From: a virus
Lineage: Duplodnaviria > Caudoviricetes
Direction: 5' to 3' (one strand)
DNA length: 64,000 bases
IMG/VR virus record: IMGVR_UViG_3300028048_000056
Location: 98,086 to 162,085 of that record
Shown: piece by piece, positions 48,342 to 58,000 of the stretch
Layout: each line of letters opens with the position of its first letter
Position numbering within the stretch: position 1 is the stretch's first letter
Notes under the pieces: generated by a model
The model's database searches: none
What the model was told of the DNA's origin: nothing
Seen by the model: the letters and a program-made list of their open reading frames with translations, nothing else
Position numbers and translations under genes: made by a program

Positions 48342-49535
48342 ATGGACAATGAATTTGCCGTTTCGCCTGAAGAGATTGTTAACCGGAATTTCGTACCGGA
48401 AGCTATACAAGGAACCCCGTTGTTCTGTAAAGCAGGTGAGACTCGTAGGATACTCGAGTCTCACCTAGACGAATTGCAGAAGTTGATAGAGGAAGAACAT
48501 TTCACATACATTGAGGTGGCTAAATACTATTACCTGAAGCTGGGTAAGTTGATGAAAACCTGGGATGTAGGTGACGTAGCACGTTCGCATCGATTTGTCA
48601 ACATCAATGGTTCGCTTAGAAAGAAGGGTGAAAATAATCCAGCTATTCGACCGGAGGTGCGTGAGTCTATCCGGCGTACTGTTCAGCAGCGCTGGGAAGA
48701 AGGTTGTTATGCAGACCGACCTGTAACTTTGCGAAAGGACCTGACCAAGCAATATCAGAAAGACGAGAATTGGTCACCAGCTGAACACTACCGGGAGAAA
48801 TATCTGTTCTACCATCCCGACCTTGTTTGTGAGCATTGTGGAAAATCATTAGTAGATGAGAAATTTAATATCCATCACATCGACGAAGACCACAAGAACT
48901 TTCTTCTCACAAACCTAGAAAAACTCTGTATCCCTTGTCATCAAGCGATGCACATTCGCAGACGTATGCTTCCGTTCGTAACTGTTCAGGTTACACATGA
49001 GATTCAGTATAGCCATCGTCTTCCTGACTATCCAGGAAAGTGCTATTTTCCACACGGACATAGGGGAGTTCTGACGCTACAGGTACGCCGTCGAATTGAC
49101 CCCGTTACCGGCTTCGCTGTAGATTTCAAAGAGCTGAAGCGGGTTGTTCAGGAAGAAGTTGACGCTGTTCTCGACCATGAATACCTGAACAACCATATGG
49201 AGAATCCAACTACTGAATTTACCGTACTTTGGCTGTGGAACAAGATAAGTGACCGAGTTAAGGGACTCGTGGCTTTAAGTTGGGCAGAAGGCTCTGCAAC
49301 CTCTTGTACAATTACAGCTAAAGATGTATTGCAAGCGGCTGATGCAGGGTGGGTAGAGAATGAATGGATACCTCAGGAGTTTCGGTTAAAGCGAGCAGCT
49401 ACTATCTTGCTGGAGTCTGATTATCTGGACGGTTGTGATATAGACACACCAGATGATTATACGATTACTACCAATCTGAGCTCAGATGAAGATTGGCAGT
49501 GGTTCATCGATTTGATAAAAGGAGGTAAACTTTAA
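48342..49535 (+). CDS. queD: HNH endonuclease-QueD fusion
   Basis: CEHCG...IHHIDEDHKN...NLEKLCIPCH (HNH), then SHRLPDYPGKC..PHGH, DF.ELK, LDH.YLN, NPTTE (QueD). Confidence 0.85.
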   Translation: MDNEFAVSPEEIVNRNFVPEAIQGTPLFCKAGETRRILESHLDELQKLIEEEHFTYIEVAKYYYLKLGKLMKTWDVGDVARSHRFVNINGSLRKKGENNPAIRPEVRESIRRTVQQRWEEGCYADRPVTLRKDLTKQYQKDENWSPAEHYREKYLFYHPDLVCEHCGKSLVDEKFNIHHIDEDHKNFLLTNLEKLCIPCHQAMHIRRRMLPFVTVQVTHEIQYSHRLPDYPGKCYFPHGHRGVLTLQVRRRIDPVTGFAVDFKELKRVVQEEVDAVLDHEYLNNHMENPTTEFTVLWLWNKISDRVKGLVALSWAEGSATSCTITAKDVLQAADAGWVENEWIPQEFRLKRAATILLESDYLDGCDIDTPDDYTITTNLSSDEDWQWFIDLIKGGKL

Positions 49536-50242
49536 TGGGACAGAAAACATTACCGGTATCAGAAATATTCTACAGCATTGACGGCGAGGGCGCTCGTACC
49601 GGCGCGCCTGCAATCTTTATTCGTCTGTTCGGCTGTAATCTTAAATGTACCTACTGTGACACGAAATACGCATGCTACAAGCAGGAAGGTGTTATCAGTT
49701 CTAATGACATGACAATCGACCAAATCGTCGAAGCAGTCAAGACATATGAACCTTGCAAGTGTATCACACTTACTGGTGGCGAGCCACTTATCCACCCTGC
49801 AGCATGTGAGCTGGTTACAGCATTGAGAGAAAATGGCTACTGGGTAAATATCGAAACCAATGGTTCAATCGACCTGGAACCGTTCATCGCTGAGCAGGAT
49901 AGATTCGGTCCTAAGAAGAGTTCTATGGACTACTTCTTCACTATGGACTGGAAATCAATCTCATCAGGTGAATCTACCATGATGTGCAAGTCTAACCTAG
50001 ATTTACTTGAAGCAACCGATGTTCTTAAGTTTGTGGTTGGTAGTGATGATGACCTTGACCAGATGAAGAAACTTCTTAAAGATTATCCTGACATCGACGC
50101 TCAGATTTATGTCAGCCCGGTATGGGGTGAAATCGCTCCTGACCACATCGTCGAATTTCTTCTTAAAAATAAGCTGGTGTATGTTAAGATGCAACTTCAG
50201 CTTCATAAATTAATCTGGTCACCGGACAAGAGAGGTGTTTGA
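49535..50242 (+). CDS. queE: 7-carboxy-7-deazaguanine synthase QueE (radical SAM)
   Basis: [43 protein letters not shown]. Confidence 0.95.
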   Translation: MGQKTLPVSEIFYSIDGEGARTGAPAIFIRLFGCNLKCTYCDTKYACYKQEGVISSNDMTIDQIVEAVKTYEPCKCITLTGGEPLIHPAACELVTALRENGYWVNIETNGSIDLEPFIAEQDRFGPKKSSMDYFFTMDWKSISSGESTMMCKSNLDLLEATDVLKFVVGSDDDLDQMKKLLKDYPDIDAQIYVSPVWGEIAPDHIVEFLLKNKLVYVKMQLQLHKLIWSPDKRGV

Positions 50243-50244
50243 TA

Positions 50245-50823
50245 ATGAAACAGATAGATACCGAAGCAATCCAGGAAGCTGTCAAGACAATCCTTGTTGC
50301 ATTAGGTGATGACCCTGACCGTGAAGGACTCAAGGACACCCCTAAGCGTGTGGCTAAGATGTATGCCGAAGTGTTCGAGGGTATGTGCTATACCAACGAC
50401 GAGATAGCTGATATGTTCAATAAGTGCTTCGAGGAAGGTGCTACAGGTGACCTGGTTACTATTGCAGACATCCCGATTTTCAGTTACTGTGAGCACCATC
50501 TTGCCTTGATGTACAATATGAAGGTCCATGTCGGATACCTTCCAAAGGGTAAGGTAATCGGGCTTAGCAAGGTAGCTCGTATTGCAGATATGGTGGGTAA
50601 GCGTCTTCAGCTTCAGGAACGCATTGGCGCAGACATCGCTGAGGTTCTGGAGAAGGTACTGGGTACCGATGACATAATTGTCGTAATTGAGGGCGAGCAC
50701 TCTTGTATGACTGCTCGTGGTATTAAGAAGCCCGGAACCAAAACTCGCACTGCAACCTTGAGAGGTGTGTTCAAGACTGACTCAGACCTCCGCACAGAAT
50801 TCTATAACCTGATTAATCAGTAA
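50245..50823 (+). CDS. folE: GTP cyclohydrolase I
   Basis: REGL.DTPKRVA, SYCEHH, GLSKVAR, RLQLQER, HSCM..RG. Confidence 0.96.
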   Translation: MKQIDTEAIQEAVKTILVALGDDPDREGLKDTPKRVAKMYAEVFEGMCYTNDEIADMFNKCFEEGATGDLVTIADIPIFSYCEHHLALMYNMKVHVGYLPKGKVIGLSKVARIADMVGKRLQLQERIGADIAEVLEKVLGTDDIIVVIEGEHSCMTARGIKKPGTKTRTATLRGVFKTDSDLRTEFYNLINQ

Positions 50824-50830
50824 AAACCAC

Positions 50831-50900
50831 GGTACTGCTTAATTGCAGTGATACGTCTTGTGTAAATGTATGCCGCAAGACGTAGCAGTTAAGCAGTACC
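50831..50900. repeat. intergenic palindromic element, copy C
   Basis: GGTACTGCTTAA...TTAAGCAGTACC perfect 12-bp arms. Confidence 0.7.
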
Positions 50901-50911
50901 ATTTCTTATGA

Positions 50912-50945
50912 AACTTCGTTTCTACAGAATATTTTGTGTTATACT
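50912..50945 (+). promoter_or_regulatory. phage promoter AACTTCG-N21-TATACT
   Basis: conserved copy. Confidence 0.8.
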
Positions 50946-50976
50946 TATGATATAATAATAACAGGAGGTACTCTCT

Positions 50977-51960
50977 ATGTACGATTTCCATGTATCCGAT
51001 TTGGGTACGCAGACTATCCCCAATTCTAAATATTATTGGCAGAATGAAAAAGCCAAATGCTGCATTATTGTACCAGACGATGTGAATGACAATCCTGATG
51101 CACCGGCTATTGTCTACTTCGTGCAGGCTGCACCTAACGTCGAGATTCTGTGCACCAATCTGCAGAATCCAGACGCTGCTTGTGTCATTGCAACTCCCGG
51201 TAAGGTAGCTATCACCGCCAAGGCGTTCGAACGTTCAGCCGATGGGTGTGAACGACCGGAAAATTGCCCTGAGATACTTCACCATGTTCTTGCACTAATC
51301 GACTGCTGTTCTTGGTCATTTCCTCGAGCAAAAGCAGACACGGTTTATATTTCAGAAGCTCAGGCTGTGTTGTTAGAGCAGAACTTCAAGCGAATGGTTA
51401 TGGCTCCAGATAATGGTACCAGCATCTTTGCTTCTGTTGCAGTAGCTGGTTCTATGCTAGCAGATAGAATGGGCATTGAGTCAGACGTTGTCTATTCAGT
51501 CAGCCACTACGACATGCCTACAAATACACAGGACGATTCTCTAATTGGGGTCACTCAGGATAGAGATATTGACTTGAACGGTAAACAGGTAATCGTTGTT
51601 GATGACCTCATCTCGAGTGGCAGAACGGCTAATGCAGTAATCAAGCGTATTCTGGATGCTGGTGCAGACCACGTCTATTATTTCGCACTGTACAGAACAA
51701 TCTGTAGCCGTGAGGTAATTCTTATCGATGACCCTAGAGTTACCATCCAGACCTATGTTCCGCTCTCTAATGCGTATTGGACGTATGGTAGAGGCTTTGA
51801 CCTGACAGATAATGCGTCTCGTGACACACCGGGTATTTTTGCTGCTACTAAGCATTGGGATTGGGAGACAGCTGATGATGTGGCTGAATTAATCAAATTC
51901 TTCAATGGTATTGAACCAGAGAAGTATGAGGAAACTTGCTACGCAGAAACGATAGAATAA
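50977..51960 (+). CDS. type I phosphoribosyltransferase, HPRT-like, with N-terminal extension
   Basis: PRPP loop VIVVDDLISSGRT; YWTYGRGFD...R resembles the HPRT motif FVVGYGLD...R. Confidence 0.75.
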   Translation: MYDFHVSDLGTQTIPNSKYYWQNEKAKCCIIVPDDVNDNPDAPAIVYFVQAAPNVEILCTNLQNPDAACVIATPGKVAITAKAFERSADGCERPENCPEILHHVLALIDCCSWSFPRAKADTVYISEAQAVLLEQNFKRMVMAPDNGTSIFASVAVAGSMLADRMGIESDVVYSVSHYDMPTNTQDDSLIGVTQDRDIDLNGKQVIVVDDLISSGRTANAVIKRILDAGADHVYYFALYRTICSREVILIDDPRVTIQTYVPLSNAYWTYGRGFDLTDNASRDTPGIFAATKHWDWETADDVAELIKFFNGIEPEKYEETCYAETIE

Positions 51961-52109
51961 GTATCAGAACTAGACAAGGTGATGTATCAATTTCTACCAT
52001 TATGCTGAAAGATACCAAACAGTACACCAGGTCAAAGAACAATGATACCGCGACATAAAATAGATAAAGGGAGTCCGTGTTCTCCCTTATTCGAAAGGAG
52101 TGAACTACT

Positions 52110-54284
52110 ATGCAGATTATCAAGCGTGACGGAACAGAGGTCGGGTTTGACGGTAGCAAAATATCTATTGCTATATCAAAGGCTAATGCCAAGATGAGTG
52201 AAGAGAATAAGCTAACAGATGCTCAGATAGATGAGATTGCTCAAGCCGTAATCTTCCGTTGCCAACAACAAACCAGCATCGTGTCTGTTGAAGACGTTCA
52301 GGATTTCGTTGAGAATGAGTTAGTCGCTCGAAACCTCTCAAAGCTGGCCAAGGAGTACATCACATACCGGTACAAAAGACAACTCGCGAGGAAGTCTGAC
52401 AGCATGTCTGACAACATTCTTTCACTGCTTCAGAACAAAAATGCTGTGCTTAAGGAGGAGAATTCTAATAAGAATACTCTTATCAACTCTGTGCAGCGTG
52501 ATTACATGGCAGGTGAAGTGTCTAAGACAATCACATTCACGCAGTTGCTTCCTGAGGACATCGATGAAGCCAACAGAATCGGTGACATCCATTTCCACGA
52601 CGCTGATTACTTCGCACAGCCGATGTATAACTGCTGTCTGATTAATCTTCAGGACATGCTTGAGAATGGAACTGTAATCTCAGGTACCGGTATTGACACA
52701 CCTCACACGTTCTCGACAGCCTGCAACATCGCTACTCAGATTATTGCTCAGGTTGCGTCTAACCAGTATGGTGGTCAGACAATCTCAATCGCACACCTTG
52801 CTCCCTTTGTAGAGAGAAGCAGACAGAAAATTCGTGAGCAGATAAGAGAAGAATGCCGTGCCGCAAGTCTCGCTATCAACGAACGTCAAGCTGAAGCTAT
52901 TCTCAAGAGTCGTCTCGCTAAAGAAATTGAGAAAGGCGTGCAAACAATTCAATATCAGGTAATCACTTTGATGACTACCAACGGTCAGGCTCCTTTCTTG
53001 AGCCTTTGTCTTTATCTGAATGAAGCGAGGACACTTCAGGAACAGCATGACTTGGCAATGATTATCGAGGAAATTCTCAAACAGCGTATTCAGGGTGTTA
53101 AGAACGAAAAGGGTGTCTGGGTAACTCCCGCATTCCCGAAGCTCTTGTATATCCTGGATGAGAATAACTGCGACGAGACCAAGCCGTATTGGTACCTAAC
53201 CGAGTTAGCAGCTCAGTGTACTGCTAAGAGAATGGTTCCTGACTATATTTCTGAAAAGAAAATGCTTGAGTACAAGATTGACCAGAACGGAAATCCTCAA
53301 TGCTATCCTTGTATGGGTTGTCGTTCATTCCTTACACCGTATGTCGACGAGAACGGTAATCCGAAATATTATGGCAGATTTAACCAAGGTGTGGTTACCA
53401 TTAACCTACCTGCTGTTGGGTTAACGGCGAGAGGTGACTTTGATAAATTCTGGCAGCTTCTTGACGAGAAACTCGAGCTCTGTCACAGAGCACTTCGTAT
53501 TCGTCATGAGCGCCTGCTCGGAACTACATCTGACGTCGCTCCTATTCTTTGGCAGTACGGTGCAATCGCACGGCTTGAGAAGGGTGAGAAAATCGATAAG
53601 CTGCTCTATGGCGGTTACTCCACAATCTCGCTTGGTTATGCAGGGTTGTACGAGTGCGTCAAGGCGATGACCGGTCATTCTCATACAGACCCAGAAGCTA
53701 AGGATTTCGCCCTTGCAGTTATGCAGCGTCTCAATGATAAGTGTGCTGAGTGGAGAGCAGCTGAGAATATCGCTTATTCTGTATACGGTACTCCGCTTGA
53801 ATCTACCACATACAAATTTGCTAAAGCACTGCAGAAGCGTTTCGGAATTATCGAGGGCATTACCGACAAGAACTACATCACAAACTCTTATCACGTTCAT
53901 GTTACCGAGAAGATTGACGCATTTACCAAACTCAAATTTGAGTCTGAGTTCCAGAGACTTTCACCTGGTGGTGCTATCTCATACATCGAGGTTCCAGATA
54001 TGACTAATAACATTCCAGCTGTCTTGGAGGTTATCAAGTTTATCTATAATAACATCATGTATGCTGAGTTGAATACGAAGAGTGATTACTGCTGTGAGTG
54101 CGGATTTGATGGCGAAATTCAGGTAATCGAGGAAGATGGCAAACTGCTCTGGGAATGCCCGAATTGTGGCAATAGAGACCAGACTAAGATGTCGGTTGCT
54201 CGTCGTACCTGTGGTTACATCGGAACTCAGTTCTGGAACCAAGGACGTACTCAGGAGATAAAGGACAGGGTTGAGCATCTATGA
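52110..54284 (+). CDS. nrdD: anaerobic (class III) ribonucleotide reductase with ATP cone
   Basis: IIKRDG ATP cone, HFHD, NCCL, GRFNQG, TNSYH, CxxC...CPNCG, RRTCGYIG. Confidence 0.96.
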   Translation: MQIIKRDGTEVGFDGSKISIAISKANAKMSEENKLTDAQIDEIAQAVIFRCQQQTSIVSVEDVQDFVENELVARNLSKLAKEYITYRYKRQLARKSDSMSDNILSLLQNKNAVLKEENSNKNTLINSVQRDYMAGEVSKTITFTQLLPEDIDEANRIGDIHFHDADYFAQPMYNCCLINLQDMLENGTVISGTGIDTPHTFSTACNIATQIIAQVASNQYGGQTISIAHLAPFVERSRQKIREQIREECRAASLAINERQAEAILKSRLAKEIEKGVQTIQYQVITLMTTNGQAPFLSLCLYLNEARTLQEQHDLAMIIEEILKQRIQGVKNEKGVWVTPAFPKLLYILDENNCDETKPYWYLTELAAQCTAKRMVPDYISEKKMLEYKIDQNGNPQCYPCMGCRSFLTPYVDENGNPKYYGRFNQGVVTINLPAVGLTARGDFDKFWQLLDEKLELCHRALRIRHERLLGTTSDVAPILWQYGAIARLEKGEKIDKLLYGGYSTISLGYAGLYECVKAMTGHSHTDPEAKDFALAVMQRLNDKCAEWRAAENIAYSVYGTPLESTTYKFAKALQKRFGIIEGITDKNYITNSYHVHVTEKIDAFTKLKFESEFQRLSPGGAISYIEVPDMTNNIPAVLEVIKFIYNNIMYAELNTKSDYCCECGFDGEIQVIEEDGKLLWECPNCGNRDQTKMSVARRTCGYIGTQFWNQGRTQEIKDRVEHL

Positions 54285-54811
54285 ACATCGCACAAATTAA
54301 AAACCTGGACATAGCTAACGGTCCTGGTTGCCGGGTTAGTGTATTCGTATCAGGATGTACTCGTAGATGTGAGGGCTGTTTCAATTCTGTAGCTTGGGAT
54401 TTCGATTATGGTGAACCGTTCGATGACGGTACTATAATTAGGATAATTAACTTAATGTTAAATCCTAGAATTTCAGGACTATCAGTCCTAGGCGGTGAAC
54501 CTTTCGAACCTAGAAATCAGAAAGAAGTACTTCGTCTTATGCGCTCGGTTAAGCAGTCTGTGCCAGACAAAGACATCTGGTGTTTTACCGGGTACACTTT
54601 CGAACAGATATTATGTTCTGGTATTACTACGCCATATGCTGATGAGATGACAAGGTTGATAGATGTTCTGGTTGACGGTCCTTTCATGTTAGAACAGAAA
54701 AATCTTGCATTAAAATTTCGAGGTTCGGCTAATCAGAGGATAATCGATGTTCCGAACAGCCTCCAGCAGGGAAAGGTAGTAATCTGGAAAGATAAATACG
54801 ACAAATCCTAA
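54281..54811 (+). CDS. nrdG: anaerobic RNR activase
   Basis: NGPGCRVSVFVSGCTRRCEGCFN, LGGEP, DVLVDG.F, FRGSANQR. Confidence 0.96.
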   Translation: MNIAQIKNLDIANGPGCRVSVFVSGCTRRCEGCFNSVAWDFDYGEPFDDGTIIRIINLMLNPRISGLSVLGGEPFEPRNQKEVLRLMRSVKQSVPDKDIWCFTGYTFEQILCSGITTPYADEMTRLIDVLVDGPFMLEQKNLALKFRGSANQRIIDVPNSLQQGKVVIWKDKYDKS

Positions 54812-54833
54812 TTTCATTTTTATACTCCTTATG

Positions 54834-54874
54834 ACAAACGCACAACGGTTTTGCTACTGTTGTGCGTTTGTTTT
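54834..54874 (+). terminator. probable terminator after nrdG
   Basis: ACAAACGCACAAC/GTTGTGCGTTTGT stem followed by TTT. Confidence 0.6.
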
Positions 54875-55009
54875 GCGTGTGGTTGTACTGTACGATGTTA
54901 AACTGTATACGGTTCGCACAACCTCACGCAAATCGTAGCAGCATACGTGATTGTAACCAGGTAATCATTGACATATATTCATATAATAATGTGAAAGGAG
55001 GGATTATCT

Positions 55010-58000
55010 ATGCCTACCAACGAAAACAACAACCAGAACGCTATGAGCGAGAACACAGCGAGTAGTCAGGATGCTACAGCTGGTGACATCTTAGAGCAGT
55101 TGAAGTCAGATTCTGTATCTAGCGGAAATCTGTACAAGCTAGGGCTCAAGATGCAAAAGTCGGTTATCAACATGGACAAGAATCTGACTAAGCAGCAGAA
55201 GGTTATCAACCAGGCTAAGAAGAACCTGGATAATGTAACAGCTGCAGTCACGTCCATTAGGAAAGATGTAGCGACAGCTAAGACAACGCTGACATCGGTA
55301 GATACCAGCCTGAAGCAGCTTTTCAATCTACTTGAAAAGGTATATGATACCGGTACTACTCCTGATAAGAGTCTCAGTCCTCTATTGACATCTTTAGATG
55401 ATGGTGTTCGTCAAATCCAAGCGTTGTTGCAAAGTCAGCAGGCTTCTCCTCAGAATTCTAATGGACCCGCACCGTCGAATGATATCGATGCAGACGACCC
55501 TCTGACAAACATCGACGAGAATGTGCTGGATATCCTTGATATACTTTCTAGAATGGAGACTCTCGGTAATCGAGGGACTTCTGGTTCAAGCAGTTCTTCT
55601 AAAGGACCGACTGGGTTCGGTGATAACACTGGCGTCGCGGTACTGAATAGCCACCTAGCGCGTCTAGAACAAGAGTTTAGCTCACTAAGCCAGCAACTGA
55701 GTCGCGGTGAGATAACTCCTGACGAATATATAGCAGAAACTGCTGCCAATGCTCAAGAGCAACGGGCTACTCGTAATCAGATGGAAGCGCTGATGAACGC
55801 TCTAGTCATGTCTGCGGGGCAGTATGATAGATTGGAGAATGCAAACCAGCGCTTTGCAGAGGATGTAGACCGTTTATCAGAGGAGTTTGCAAATAATTCG
55901 CTTACCCTAGATGAGCTGAATGACCAGCTACGCCAAGCCAGAGAACAGTTGCTTAGCCATGAAGAAGCTCTGAAAGATGCTGAAGCTGCTTGGAAGGATG
56001 ATGGTAAGTTCAGCTTCGCTAAACAGGGCGAAGAAATGAAGCGGAAGATAAACGAAGACTTCGACAGTAGAAAGTCAGACTTATTTGACCGCTTTGAGCA
56101 TCAGATACCTGATGAAGAAGGCAACATCATGGATAATGATGCGTTCACTCAGGCTATGAATGACCTGATGGGTGAACGTGCAGAAGCAATGTCCAGCGTA
56201 ACCGGTCTTGGCGGCTTGGTATCTGGTGTTGATAACATATCTAAAATCGGTACGTCACTTGATAAATTCATCGATGAGTTTTCTCATGGACGTACCTATA
56301 ATGCTCAAACCGGTGAGAACAAGACAGCATCTGCTGCTATAGGTGTTGTCGGTGAGATTGGCGGTACGATTGCTGGTGACGAAGTTGGTGCTGCTATCGG
56401 TACTGCTATAGGAGGACCGGTTGGTACTGTCGTAGGCGGTATCTTGGGTGACCTTGTAGGTAGCAAGATTGAGGCATTAACATCAATCATTGGTGATAGA
56501 CTTGACTATCTAGCAAACCACTCTAAGAAAACCCGTGACGAAATCCTGCAAGCTGGTATCGATAAGATTAGAAGCGACGTAAAGGATATGGCAACATACT
56601 CTATCGAGATTTATGAAACCTCGACTAAGAGTATCTACGATGCGTGGGACAAGAATCTTTCGCAGATTACTGCTACTCAAGGCTATACCAAGGAAGCCCT
56701 TAACTCACTCCAGGATGCGGTAGCACAAAGATTGCAGGATGAAGGATACGGTACCACTATTAACGCAGCTGATTATTTGGATTCTCTCGCAAACACTTTG
56801 AACGCCAATCTCGGTGGTACGCTAGCAGAAGCATTTGCAGCACAGAACTTGATACTTCAGAAAGCAGTTCCTGAGGTTGATTTGTCACAGAGTGCTGCAC
56901 AGTTCGCTGCGATTTACGCTAATGCTAACAAGCAAACTGGTCAAGGCGAAGACACAATGATTGCCGCTATGAACGAGATTGCCGGTGCTGCTAAAGCATT
57001 GGAAACCGTTACAGAAGGTAATAACCAATTCCTGAAAGAAACAGGAAATCTATTAACCAAGGCGACAGAGGTCGTTCAGATTGCTGGTGGTAATGCAGAC
57101 CAGATTTCTGGATTGACGACACAGATGATGGCATCAGAAGCTGCCATTACATCGGTCGCTCCTCAGCTTAGCGGATTTACATCAGAGTTAGTCACTCTGC
57201 TGATGAATAACAATGATGCTACCGCGGTATCGTTGAGGGCGATTATGAACGACATGAACTCCAATATTGGAGTGAGTGCAACCAGCTTCATGAAGTCGTT
57301 CATGGATGACACTCAGGGCACCTTGAGTACTGCATTTGCTGCTATCCAGAAGTTCATCGACCAGAATGAGAACGAAGCCTCTAGACAGGAGTTCCTCCAG
57401 GCGCTGGAGTCCGTGTTCGGTGTTCAGGGTTCTAAGCTGGCACAGATTGACTTCGGTGGTGTTTCTGATTTGATTTCTCAAGTCAGCACTTCTGTCAATA
57501 TGGCAGCATTGACCAATGCAGAAAATTTGGTACGTGGCGGAGAGACCACATCTCTAGAAGAACAGCTGGTAGCTAACACAACCAATCAGCTTTTGGCAAC
57601 GAATGCTATCTCGACCACTATCGATAATAAGTTGATGAGAAAGCTAGAGACCAACGAGCTGGCTATGGAGCGTCTGGTATATTCTGCTCAGGCAACACAA
57701 TCGGTAGAGCTGGCAGAAAACACGTTGAGCTTCTTCACCAAGATATCTGACTTGATTATGTCGATTATCGACCCGTTCGGTCTGTTCGATATGTTCACAA
57801 CCTCGATAAACGCAGCTACATCGGCTGCAATCGACGCTGAAAGATATCTGGTAACCTCGACAATGTCCAGCATAGGCTCGACAGTTGCGAATGGGTTTGC
57901 CGGTGCTCAGAATGCGATGGCTAATACCGTAGGAGGTGCTACTGCTGTTATGGCAGCCGCATCGACCAAGAGCACTGATGCGATGGTGTTTGCTGTAGAG

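Noticed and set aside
48342-48965. Intein or group I intron in queD
   Set aside because: The HNH part is N-terminal rather than inserted within QueD, there are no Cys/Ser...His-Asn splice junctions, and the frame is continuous.
51975-52030. Purine/2'-dG riboswitch suggested by TTTCTACC
   Set aside because: The P2/P3 stems and kissing-loop sequences of that family are absent.
54960-54995. Canonical SigA promoter for the tape measure gene (TTGACA...TATAAT)
   Set aside because: The spacing between the hexamers is far shorter than 16-18 nt.
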